From assembly GCF_030144855.1 (NCBI RefSeq), contig NC_082731.1, forward strand, positions 20,460,001-20,524,000: DNA of 64,000 nt, given 5' to 3'. The translations under genes were made by a program, and so were the position numbers. The notes below the pieces were generated by a model that did no database searches, was not told the origin of the DNA, and was given only the letters and a program-made list of their open reading frames with translations. Below are positions 50,032-61,900 of this stretch, piece after piece. Source of the stretch: Hypanus sabinus. Lineage: Eukaryota. How positions within the stretch are numbered: position 1 is the stretch's first letter; the number at the start of each line of letters is the position of its first letter.

Positions 50032-50495
50032 TGCAGTCGAAAAGAAAGAACGAATGAGATGGAAGTTTATGATAAGAATAAGGAGCTTAGTAAAATAGAG
50101 GGCTATAGATAAGTCTATGTAGTTCTAAGTTAAGGCCATGTTCAACACCTTCGTGGTACGAAGAGCCTGTATTGACTGTAGTTTTTTCTATGTTTCTATG
50201 TTTCTAGTGAGTGAGATTGTAAAGAAGTGAAAGCAGGAGAAGCATTACGAGGAAGTAATACGAGATAGAAAGATGTATAAAGGCAAGCAGAAACAGCGAA
50301 ATAACTGAAACAAAGATGTGACTGGTATCCGGTCTGGATTAATTAGGCGCTCACAACCAATCAATCCACTGGCACAGCTGCGCACCCACGTTTACGCAAG
50401 CTGAAAAATGCCGCAAGTCTGATTTTACACTTCATTATCTGTCAAGGATATTAACTTACTGGACTGCAATTAAGCTGTGTTTCGATCCGGACACC

Positions 50496-50928
50496 ATGAA
50501 TTTCCTGCGCTCTCTGCTGATTATATTGACTATGATGCCCAGTGAGTATTCGCGGTAACGGTCTGTATCTGTTCCTTATGTCCGGAGAAAGCACGATCTG
50601 TTCATGCATTTTGTCATTTTCCTGCAGGAGCATTTGGGAAAGATTCCGTGACGCAGTGGCCGACTGATATAACGATTGTGGAAGAACAAAATGTAACACT
50701 GAACTGTAATTATACTGGCTTTGCTAACTCTATTATATGGTACGTTCAGCATCGAGTGGAGTCTCCAAACTACTTGCTAAAGGTGTATAGCAGCGGAAAG
50801 ATGGAGAGGCATGCAGAATGTCCAGCGAGGTTTACCGGTGGTTTGGAGAGTGGCAGCAAGACGGCACATTTGAATATCTCTGGTGCTTTTGTTTCGGACT
50901 CCGCCGTGTATCTTTGTGCCTTGAGTCC
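50496..50928 (+). CDS. TRAV: TCR V segment V7 (leader 50496-50541, exon 50628-50928), apparently functional
   Basis: Open frame across the junction (A|GA = Arg); complete V domain ending YLCALSP. Confidence 0.92.
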
Positions 50929-50967
50929 CACAGTGTTGTAAGGTGATGAGAGCTCTGGACAAAATTC
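50929..50967 (+). promoter_or_regulatory. RSS V7 (CACAGTG-23-ACAAAATTC)
   Basis: Canonical heptamer, 23-bp spacer. Confidence 0.92.
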
Positions 50968-50990
50968 GACGTCTGTGATGCAGTGAGCGC

Positions 50991-51004
50991 TCGCTAGAGG
51001 GAGC
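50991..51004 (+). promoter_or_regulatory. CTCF-like motif (TCGCTAGAGGGAGC)
   Basis: 23 bp after the nonamer. Confidence 0.55.
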
Positions 51005-51129
51005 CCTATGCCGGAAATCTGGCAGTAGCACAGAAAAAATTCCTTACAGTCACGTGATCGACTAAGAAATGCGAAAAGTATTCTCATAAATAAACAGATT
51101 GGAGGAAGTCTCCGTCAACGGATCTTTTC

Positions 51130-53430
51130 AAATAATGAGTGCACTATTCTCGGATTAGACTCTGAAAGTGAAGCAAAAGCCATTGTAGATCCAGGAAAGG
51201 GTGAAATAATATGTGCAAGGCAAGGTCAGAGGGCACGTTCATCCAAATTGGTACACAACACAGTCAGCGTAATCGCACTGACAGCTGTTCACGTCAGTAA
51301 CGGCAGTTAGGGACACTGGAATTAATCCCGCGAGCACCCTGCTCACAGAGGGGGAGGCACACGAATGACAAGTGGGAATAGAGCAGGAAAACTTATCAGT
51401 GCAAAGGAAATATCTCAGCACAGAAAGTAAGGAATTGCTTTGTGGATGGTTCTCGGAGGTAGATAAACTAGAACACACGGTCTGTGGTGAAGGGTGCAGG
51501 TGAAGAAAAGGCATCAGCTGCATGGCCAGGGGATTGCTAAACTTAGGTGACGGGCCTGCTGGCCCTGACAAAAACAATGCGCTACAGTAAAGTCAGAAAA
51601 GCCAATCTATATTCAGAGAGCCTGTATAGATTTGGGAACGTTATCAGATGGCCTGCAGGCGATGAGGATTGTGACCATAACAGGTTCAGCTATTGAGCCC
51701 GGCCACCAAATACAACTGCTGGAAGCACTGTCTGCCAGCTCAAGTGACAGTAATTAAAGTGGAATCTCAGCGGTAAGAGAAGAGTAAGGAGCAGAAAGTA
51801 ATAGCAAGAAATTCCAGGTGTGCAGGAAGAAACGTCGAAAACCAGTTGAATAACGACAGACAGCTCCAGGGGGACCCTTGGGTAAGAGTCAAAAAGCGGG
51901 GGGAAAGCTTAAAGAATGCACAATCTTCAGATGATGGAAATCCAAGAAATACACTCAAAATTCTCGAGAGCGTCACCTAGCCAGACAGCATCTCTGTAGT
52001 GATGAACTGTAATTAAACTGCCAGACCTGCTGCGTTCCTCCAGTACTGTGTTTGTATTGTCTTGTAATTATGGATCACTTCAGCAGGCGGATAGAAGATT
52101 TCCCAATCAGAGACTGCACCGCCGGCAGCGCTGCAGATAATACTACCAAGGTGAATGACTCTTCCAGATGGACTATGACCATGAAGCACATTTCACAGGG
52201 AGAGTGACAAATGAAATGTGCCGACCGCGAGTGATTCGACAACGGTTCCACATCCCCTACCACCAAGGACGCGGCCTGGAAGATTAGTACGCCTTCAGCG
52301 TCCCGGCCCTAGACACCTGTTGATTCGAGGCAGGTGCTGTCCTCTGATGTGTTGTGGGCGTACACGGAAGATCTAAAGCCGCTGCAAATAGGGACACTAG
52401 TTCTTTGGGCACAGAGCTCGGAAAAAGCGACAACACAGGCTTTGAACACCATAAGTCAGCGAGATGTTTGTTATGTCTCCCCTCTCGCTATGAAACCGGA
52501 ACATCTATTTTCCCCTTATCTAGTAGAAACAGAGCCAGTCAAATACTCGGCGAACGATTTGTCTTTGATGTCCTGTCTATAACCGGCTTTCCTAATGCTT
52601 TGCTGCAGGGTTCTGTGCTCTTGCCGGGTGCCGATGCTTTTTACTCATTCGGGTTAGGGTTAGGGTTAGGGTGTTCGTTTCTTTGATGCTGCTTAGACGT
52701 GGCAGGGGGGAGTTGGGGGGGGGATTTGCGTTTCTAATATATGTCATTTATTCTTTGGGGCATTGTTATGTTTTCCTGGATGCTTTCGAAGAAATAATAT
52801 TTCAGGCTGCATTTTCTATACATTTCTCTGACAATAAAGGTACCTATTTAACCTATCAAATCTATTGAACCGTTTGAGTTCAGGAAAGGTAGCAAACATA
52901 AACCAAAAAATATCTTTGCCAAAACTACCGCTGATCGGGAAAGACATGGGTTGATGTACTGCCATTCATCCTGATGAGAATGCGAACAATCCAAGCCGCA
53001 CGCTGGTTTACAGCCGCTATGAGCTATTGGTAGGGTGAGAAGTCGAACTCCCTTAGGGGACAATTACGGGTTGCGGTGAACCTCGAGTGTACAGGGATAG
53101 ATTGACATAGTATGTGAAGGTGCTTTGTATGCGACTTAACGTATTGATGGATCGTGGCAAACACCAGCAGCAGATTGATGATCAGAGAGATCAATTAAGA
53201 AAGGAGATAGTCCTCTAAAACCGAGTGACCCAGTAATGGTGAGGATAGTGCTTGAAAGTGTATGCTGCCAGCTGGATAGGACCAATGATGGTACATTCAA
53301 AAGGAGACACATGTTCATGTGGAGACTTCACGAGTCAAGTAGTAGGAACAATGGATTCAGGTTATACTGTGAGAATCATCGTCTTGTTGCTACCATAGGC
53401 AAAGCCGGGGAAGAGTACAGCTAGTAACCG
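51130..53430 (+). mobile_element. ERV relic (unit V7)
   Basis: GINPASTLL at 51318; FVDGS ~51439; YCLVIMDHFSRR at 52055; MDYDHEAHFTGRVTNEMCRPRVIRQRFHIPYH at 52168-52263. Confidence 0.85.
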
Positions 53431-54136
53431 TGTAATTATCGAGAATAGAAGAGATGGACACCAGCCAGCCACACCAGAACTGACCATAATAGATGGAAAC
53501 TGAACCACAGCAAAAGTAGTGGGCACCTAGAATGTGACAGAAACCCGTGAATAACATCCTAAAGAGTGACCATAAAAGTACTCTGTTCAGACAGCTGAAT
53601 ACTGAAGGTATATGAGTACTTGAATAGCAGAAAATTAAAAAAAAAACTTTTTGCAGAGAATGAATCGGCAGCAATTTAGTTTAAATCAGACATATCCATA
53701 ACTTCGAGCATGGTAGAACGAGGAAGATTACAGACGGAATCTGAATGCAGTGACGCTCAGTCTGAATGGGGAATAGAAGTGGGCTGGCCCCTTTCTGCAG
53801 TTGCGGCCAGCGATCGACTGTATAGTTCGGACAGGATCGCAACCAGGAAGAGGTCGTTGCAGTAATTGAAATGGAGAAAACCCCAATCCCTTATTGTACA
53901 TCGATGAGAGAGCCTGTGAGCCTGATGAATTTACTATTCTGCTGCCCCTGGAAAGAGAGAGTATTAGCTACCCGAGAATGGAGAGATGAAGACAGGGAAT
54001 TGACTAAGCTTCAGTCGGTCAGAAAAGAAAGCGCCAACAGGCATACGCATGAATCTGCATTTCGAAAGACTGTTGTTCACATTTCTGGACAAACTCTCTG
54101 TTTAGCATTTTGAAGGTAGCACTTAGGTATGATAAG

Positions 54137-56012
54137 GTATATGTACATGCGCCTGAAGAACTTATGAGAAATTCCGTAGGAGGGCATTTTCGCTCTCCAA
54201 TTTGAGTAAATCTTCATTAAGATTGGCCTTTCGTGCTAGATAACTATTTTTGACCGTTGTGCCAATAGGAGGGAAAGTTCAAGTGCATTTTAGATGCAGC
54301 ACATGTGGCAATTAATGCAATTGACTTCGGTGACTATCCTTCTGAGCCGGCCATGCATTTTAGATTATTTTAAAATGCAGCTCTGAACAATAGCTTCCGG
54401 AACGCCTCAAATCACAGATCAGAAAATGCTTATTAAAATTCATTTAGATATCTGTGGTATGGTTACGAATCGTGATGTATGAGGTTTGTGTGTGCTTCCA
54501 ATGAAAGCTTTGCGGGTGTATTGTAAATAATGAATTGTCATTTGATGGAACATAATGTATGAGGTAGCGTGGGCAGCATGACCTTTCAAACGAAAGGGCC
54601 TTAGACGAGTATATTGCCTGCTGCGTCTTGTTTTTCTTTTAAAAAAAAAGACCCTGAGTATAATCGGCTGTTGTGTTTAGGTGCATCGTTTGCTCCACCC
54701 GCTCCTGAGGAACTCCACTACATACTCCCAGCCGTCCGCTTTCCGCGTGGATTTCTCTTCCCGCGATTACTTCTCCTTCATTCTCGCCATTAATCTTCGA
54801 CCAGACATTTACTCTTGTAAGCGGCTTGATAGCTACACCTGTGTCACTACCATTGAAAGCCGAATACGTTTTGTTTATTTTCTGCCTGAGTGGCCTGCCC
54901 TCTGTTTGCCGGAAGGAAGACATGCGAAGAGAAATGCGTCTGAATTGCGATTTGCGAGTGGGCAGAAGAGAGAGTAAAATCCAGGGATACGTGTGGGCAA
55001 AGAATATGGTGGGATAATGGAGGGAGAAAGACTGCGACTGGGAATGATGCAGTGAGAAAGTGAAAAAAACTGAGGGAGACGTAAGGACAATGAAAAAGTG
55101 AAAGAGGGAGAAATGGTGATGGACAGAGCAGGAAGTGGAGCGAGTGTCAGGGGAAGAGAGAGAAACTGGGTAGGGGAGACATAGTGGAAGAATAATGTTA
55201 GAAAGAGAATGAGGTCCAGCCACCGGAGCGTAGTGTTTATCGCGAAGCTGGTTACAGTTCTGGGCATGGGATTTCAGTGTTCCATTCCTGCACAACTATA
55301 AAGGGCCGGATGACCTCACTTCGGAAAGTGCGGAAATTCTGCGGGATCTGCAGTCTCTGCTCAGAGTCCAAAGTTGAACTGAGAAGTATGTTACTAACTC
55401 ATTTTAATTTTGTTGTGATTTGGGTAGGGACTTGCACTTCCAGAAGTGAAGCTCGATGTCCCATGCGAGTATACCGCGGCTCACTGCTAACGAAATAGGT
55501 AAAACAAAAGTTGAAAGTGTGGGACAATGTAAGCATGAGAGAAAGAGGAAGACGGAGTTAGCTAGAGAAAGGGAAAGGAAAAGACGGAGCAAGAGTGAAG
55601 AAAGGATATATCGTGGCGGGGGGGGGGGTGTGGGACGGGGTGGCATGAGAAAAGAATTGAGTCGGATGAAAATTAGGAGGGAAAGACAAAGTTTAAGGCG
55701 GGAACCGGATAGAGGAAATCAACGCTTGTGAAACTGAAGGAATGATCGATGCAGGGACACTGGAGGGTATGAAAAATGGAAAGTTAGAGGTGAATAGGGA
55801 GTGCGGCTTTCAGAGAGAGAGAGAGGGAGAGTTGGAAAGATGCTAAATAAGACTCAATATTCACCACACCAATTCATCAACTGAATTTACATTCAGGGTG
55901 GCGGACCTGTTGGCCCTGACAAAGACAATCCGCTACTGTAAAGACAAGCATATATATGTTCAGACAGCCCGTATACCTTCGGTACGGTTATCTGGTGACC
56001 TGGGGACGATGA
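54137..56012 (+). other. V-less remnant cassette (upstream region fused to an RNase H fragment)
   Basis: Upstream sequence joins ggtggcggacctg (ERV RNase H) at ~55896, skipping promoter, V and RSS. Confidence 0.8.
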
Positions 56013-56979
56013 GGTAACAATTATATATGATCGGGTAGATGTACATGCGCCTACAGGAATGACGGGATATTCCGACGGAGGATATTTTTGCTGCCCAATT
56101 TGAGCAGCTCTTCCTTAAGATTGGCGTTTCGTGCTAGATAATTATTTTTCTCCATGGTGCCGGGAGGAGAGAATGTTCGAAAGAATTTTAGATCCAGCAC
56201 ATGTGGCAATTCATGTAACTGACTTCTGTCCCTAACCTTCAGAGTCGACTATGCATTGTAGATTATTTTAAAATGCATTTGTGAATAATAGCTTCCAATA
56301 CGCCTTAGTTCACGGACCAGACAATGCTTATTAACACGCATTTAGATGTTGCGGTATGGGTGCGAACCATGAGGTGTGACGTTTGTGTGTGCTTCCAAAG
56401 AAAGTATTGTGGGTGCATTGTAAATATGGGATTGTCCTTTGATAGTTAGTACATAATATATGAGGTAGCATGGGCAGCGAGACCTTTCAAACGAAAGGGC
56501 CTTAAAACAGTATATTGCCTGCTGTGTCTTGTTTTTTTTCAAAAAAACTCACCCTGAGTATACTGTAATCGGCTGTCTTTTTCAGGAGCGTCGTTTGCTC
56601 CACCTTCTCCTAAGGGACTTCACTAGCTGCTCCCTCCCGTCCGCTTTCCGCCAGGAATCTTTCCGCGATTCCTTTTCATTTGCCTTCACCACTAAACTTC
56701 AACTAGGCACTTAGTCTTGTACGCGGCTTCTTAGCTGGACCTGCCTCACTACCACTGAGAGCCGAATAAGTTTTGCCTGTTTTCTACCTCAGTTGCGCGT
56801 CCTCCGTTTGCCGGAGGTAAGACTTGTGGAGAGAAATGCGTCTGAATTGCGGCAGAGGAGAGAGTAAAATCCAAGGAAAAATGTGGGGAACTAATATGGT
56901 GCGAAAGGGAGAAAGAGGACGATTGGGAATGACAGAGTGAGAAGGTGAATAAATCAGGGAGACATATGAGCACTGAAAT

Positions 56980-57012
<33 letters not shown>

Positions 57013-58277
57013 AATGGTGATCGATACAGCAGTCAGTAGAGCGAGAGGCAGGGGAAGAGAGAGAAACTGGGAAGCGGAAGAATTAGTGGAAAAAGGATGT
57101 AAGAAGGCGATGTGGTTCAGCCGCAGTAGCTTAAAGTTTATAGCGAAGCTGTTTACAGTTCTGGGCTTTGGATGTACTGATAAGTATGCTAATGATTTAT
57201 TTTAATTTGAGCTGTGATTAGGTTAGGTTCTTAGATCTCTCGAGGTGAAGCTTGGTGCTAGATTGGAGTATTCCACTATCCACTGCTCAGTAAATAAAAA
57301 AAAACAAAAGTTGAAAATGTGGCACAAAGAAAGCATTGGAGAGAGAGGAAGACGGAGTGCGAGAGAAAGGGAAAGAAAAAACCGAGCAAGAGGGAAGGAT
57401 GGATACATCGTGGGGGGCGGGGCTTCATGAAGAAACAATTAAGACGGATGAAAATAAAGAGGGAAAGGCAAAATTTAAGGCAGGAACTAGATAGAGGAAA
57501 GCAACGCTCGCGAAACTGAAGGAGAGATCGATGTAGGGACACGACAGGGAATGAAAAATGGGTTGGAGATGAATAGGGTGTGAAGCGGTCAGAGAGAGAG
57601 AGAGAGAGAGAGAGGTGATAAATAAGACTCAATAATTACCACTCCAATTCATTAACTGAATTTACATGCAGTGTGCAATATGGAGAAAGTCCAAACATTG
57701 AGAAGAAATACGGGGAATAAATGCTGGAGAGCGATATTGAGAACACGCCAGAAAGAATGAGCGATATATAGATAGAGAGCGAGAGAGTGGGTGCGTGTGT
57801 GAGAGAGAGAGGTTCAATGGAACAGAAAGAATGAATGAGGGGGAAGCAAATCGTAAGGATATGGAGCTTCGAAAAATGGAGGGCTATCGATAAGCATAGG
57901 TAGTTATAAGGTAAGGAGATGTTCAGCATAGCTTTGTGGGCCGAAGGGACTGTATTATGCTGTCGGTTTTGTATGTTTCTATGTTCCTAGTGAATCAAAT
58001 TGCAAATAAGAGAAAGGAGGAGAAACCTTGCGATTTACTAATACGAGATAGAAAGAGGTACAAAGGCAAGCAAAATCAGCCAAAAGAACTGAAACAAAAT
58101 ATGATTGGTGTACGGACCGGGTTCATTTGGCGCTTACAGCCAATCAATGCAACGGCAGGACTGCACCCCCACATTTACGCAAGCTGAAATATGCCGCAGG
58201 TCTGATTTTACTTTTCATTATCGGTCAAGAATATTAAGTTATTCGACTACAAGTAAACTGTTTTAGATCAAGTGAGC

Positions 58278-58710
58278 ATGAATTTCCTGTGTTCTGTGCT
58301 GATTATATCGGCTGTGATGCCCGGTGAGTCTTCGCGGTAACGGTCTGTATCTGTTCCCTATGCCCGGAGAAATCTCGATCTGTTCATTCATTCTGTCATT
58401 TTATTGCAGGAGCAATTGGGAAAGATTCCGTGACGCAGTGGCCGACTGATTTAACGGCTGTAGAAGGACAAAATGTCACGCTGAACTGTAATTACACTGG
58501 CGATGCTCAATATATTATTTGGTACGTTCAGCATCGAGTGGAATCTCCAAAATACTTGCTAAAGGTGCATAGCACCAGAAAGATGGACCGACATGCAGAA
58601 TGTTCAGCGAGGTTTACCGGGGGTTTGGAAGGTGGCAGAAAGGAAGCAAATTTCAACATCTCTGGTGCTTTTGTGTCGGACTCCGCCGTGTATCTTTGTG
58701 CCATGATTCC
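58278..58710 (+). CDS. TRAV: TCR V segment V8 (leader 58278-58323, exon 58410-58710), apparently functional
   Basis: Complete V domain ending YLCAMIP; intact splice sites. Confidence 0.92.
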
Positions 58711-58749
58711 CACAGTGTTGCAAGGTGATGAGAGCTCAGCACAAAATCC
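58711..58749 (+). promoter_or_regulatory. RSS V8 (CACAGTG-23-ACAAAATCC)
   Basis: Intact. Confidence 0.95.
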
Positions 58750-58772
58750 GAGGTTCGTGATGTCGTGAGCGC

Positions 58773-58786
58773 TCGCTAGAGGGCGC
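58773..58786 (+). promoter_or_regulatory. CTCF-like motif (TCGCTAGAGGGCGC)
   Basis: 23 bp after the nonamer. Confidence 0.6.
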
Positions 58787-58964
58787 CCTTTGCCGGGAAT
58801 CTGACAGGGGCATAAGATACAAATCCCTCAGGGTCACGTGATCGACTAAGAATGCGAATATTTTTCGCAAAAGTTATGGAGATTTGAAGAACTCTCCGTC
58901 ATTGGGATGTGTACCAACTTGCACACATTGAAACGATATGTAACATTTGCCAAACACATGCGGC

Positions 58965-61900
58965 ATGTTAGTGACACAGGGGTCCACCAACAGCCGGACA
59001 GTATAGTTTAATACAGTACAGGAGAAGTAACTGTGAAAGTAGAAAGCAGCGAATTGCAGATACTCGAAATAGGCGAGGCGCAACTGCCAATGTGTTTTTG
59101 GATCTGTCCAAATAATTCGGACACCCTTCTCCGACTAGATACTGAAATACAAGCAAGGGTTATTGTAGATTCAGGAAAGGTTGAAATAGTATACAGAAAT
59201 CATTGGCAGCGAGCACGTACAAACAAATTGGTACTTAACATAGCCAGCGTAATAGCACTGATAGCTGTTCACAAGTCAGTAACGGCAGTTAGGGACAGCT
59301 GAATTAATCCCGCGAGGACCCTCCTCACAAAGAGGGAGACACACGAATGTCAAATAAGAATAGGGCAGGAAAAACCTATGGGTGCAAAGGAAGCACCTTT
59401 GGAGGGAAAGCAGGGAGAAGCTTTGTGGATGGGTCTCGGAGGTGCATAAAATAGAAGACACGGTCTTGGTGCATTGTGGTGAATGACGCAGGTTAAGAGT
59501 GATCTTCAGCAGCACTGCCAGGAGATTACTAAGCTCAGGTGGCGGAGCTGCTGGCCTTGACAAAGACAATGCTCTACAGTAAAGTCAAGCAAGCATATAT
59601 ATGTTCTGACGGCTTGTATACCTTCGGGAGGTTTATCTGATGGCTTGGGGATGATGATGATTCGGGACAATAACAGGTGCAGTTATTGAGCACGGGCACC
59701 GAATACAACAACTGCTGAAAGCACTGTCTGACAGCTCGTGACTTTAATTAAAGTGGAATCTCAGCAGTAAGAGAATATTAAGGAGCAGAAAGTAGTAACA
59801 AGAAATTGCAAGTGTGCAGGAAGGAACGTCGGAAGCGATTTGAATAAAGTCAGACAGCTCCGAAGGGTCCTTGGATAACATTCAAAAAGCTGGGGGAAAA
59901 CCTTATGTCTCGTCATTTTGAACAAAAGAGAATCTGTAGATGCTGGAAATCCAAGAAATACACACAATATGCTGGAGAAGTTCACCAGGTCAGGCAACAT
60001 CTCTGTAGTGATGATCTGTAATTAGGCTGCCAGCCTGATGCGTTTCTGCATCATTTTGTGCATGTTGTCTTTAATTATGGATCACATCAGCCGGCAGGTA
60101 GAAGCATTCCCCAACTGAGACTGCCTAACAAGCAGCGCTGCACGGGCTATTATCAAGTAATGTTACCAAGGTCAAGAACCCTTCCAGATGTCCTATGACC
60201 ATGAAGCACATTCCACAATTAAAGTGATAAATGAAATATGCCGACTGCGAGGGATTCGATAAAGTTCCACATATCCTATCACTTAGGAAGCAGCCTGGAA
60301 GATTCGTGCCCCTTCAGGATTCCGGACCTAGAGGCGGGCTGAATCGAGGCCGGCGCTGCCGCCTGCTGTGTTGTGTGAGTACACGGGAGATCTAAAGATG
60401 CAATAACTAGGAGCCCGAGTTCTTTGGGCACAGAGCTCGGAAAAAAAGCGACTCCTCAATCTTTGAACGACATATATCAGAGAGCTGTTTGTTATGTCTT
60501 TCCTCTGGCTGTGAGGCGGCAACACCTCTTTTCCCCTTATTTGGGCGAACGGGAGCCTGTGACATGTCGAATAGTGACTGAACGAATTGTCTTTGACGTA
60601 CTGTCTTTCTTAATGGTTTGCTGCAGGCTTGAGTGCTCTTGCTAGGTGCTGATGCATTTTACTTGTGGGGAAGGGTGTTCGTTGCTTGGCTGCAGCTTGA
60701 GCGTTGCAGGGAGAAGTCGGGGGTGAAGGTTTGCGCCTCTAATAACTTCATTCATTCTTTGGGCATTCCTTTTTTCCCCGCACGTTTTCGAAGAAATATT
60801 ATTTCAGGATGAGCAGTGTCATGCAAACGTTTGGGCACCCCGGTCGAAATTTCTGTTATTCTGAATAGCTAAGCATGTAGAAGATGACCTGATTTCAGGA
60901 CGGCATAAAGTTATAGATGACAAATTGCTTTAATGTTTTAAGCAAGATTACTTTTTTTTTATTTCCATCTTTTAGAGTTTGAAAATAATAAAAAAGGAAA
61001 AGGACCTAAGCAAAAGTTTGGGCACCCTGCATGGTCACTGCTTAGTAACACACCCTTCTGCAAGTAGCACTGCTTGTAAACGCTTTCTGCAGCCAGCTAA
61101 GAATATTTCAATTCTTGTTTGGGGGATTTTCGCCCATTCATCCTTGCAAAAGGCTTCAATTTCTGAGAAATTCTTGGGCCATCATGCATGCACTGTTCTA
61201 TCGAGGTCTATCCACAGATTTTCGATGATGTTTAGGACTGGGGACTGTGAGGGCCGTGGCAAAACCTTGAGATTGCGCCTCCTGATGTAGTCCATTGTGG
61301 ATATTTAAGTGTGTTTAGGATCATTACCTGTTGTAGAAGCCATCCTCTTTTCATCTTCCGTTTTTTTTTACAGACGGTGTGATGTTTTATTCAATCATTT
61401 GCTGGTATTTCATTGAATTCATTCTTCCTTGTACCAGTGAATTATTCCCCCTGCCATTGGCTGCAACACAAGCACAAAACATGATCGATACACCCCCGTG
61501 CTTAACAGTTGGAGAGGTTTTATTTCCTTGAAATTCTGCATCTTAATTTTTCTCCAAACATACCTTTGTTCATTGCGGCCAGGAAGTTCTATTTTAAATT
61601 CACCGGTCCTCAGGACTTGTTTACCAAATGTGTCAGGCTTGTTTAAATGCAGTTTTGCAAACTTTTGACACTGAATTTCGTGGTGAGGACGCAGATTTAG
61701 GTTTTCTTTTGATGACTCTTCCATGAAGGTCATATTTGTGCAGATGTCGCTGCACAGTAGAACAGTGCACCATCACTCCAGGGTCTGTTGAATCTTCTGG
61801 AAGGTCCTTTGCAGTCAAGCGGGGATTCTGATTTGTCTTTCTAGCAATCCTATGAGCAGTTCTCTCGGAAAGTTTTCTAGGTCTTCCGGACCTCAACTTG

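Noticed and set aside
7890-58749. NAR-TCR supporting V-delta or Ig V identity
   Set aside because: Each V has its own leader exon, whereas supporting V-delta segments lack one. No D, J or C segments were found between V genes as expected for chondrichthyan Ig clusters, and no octamer was seen.
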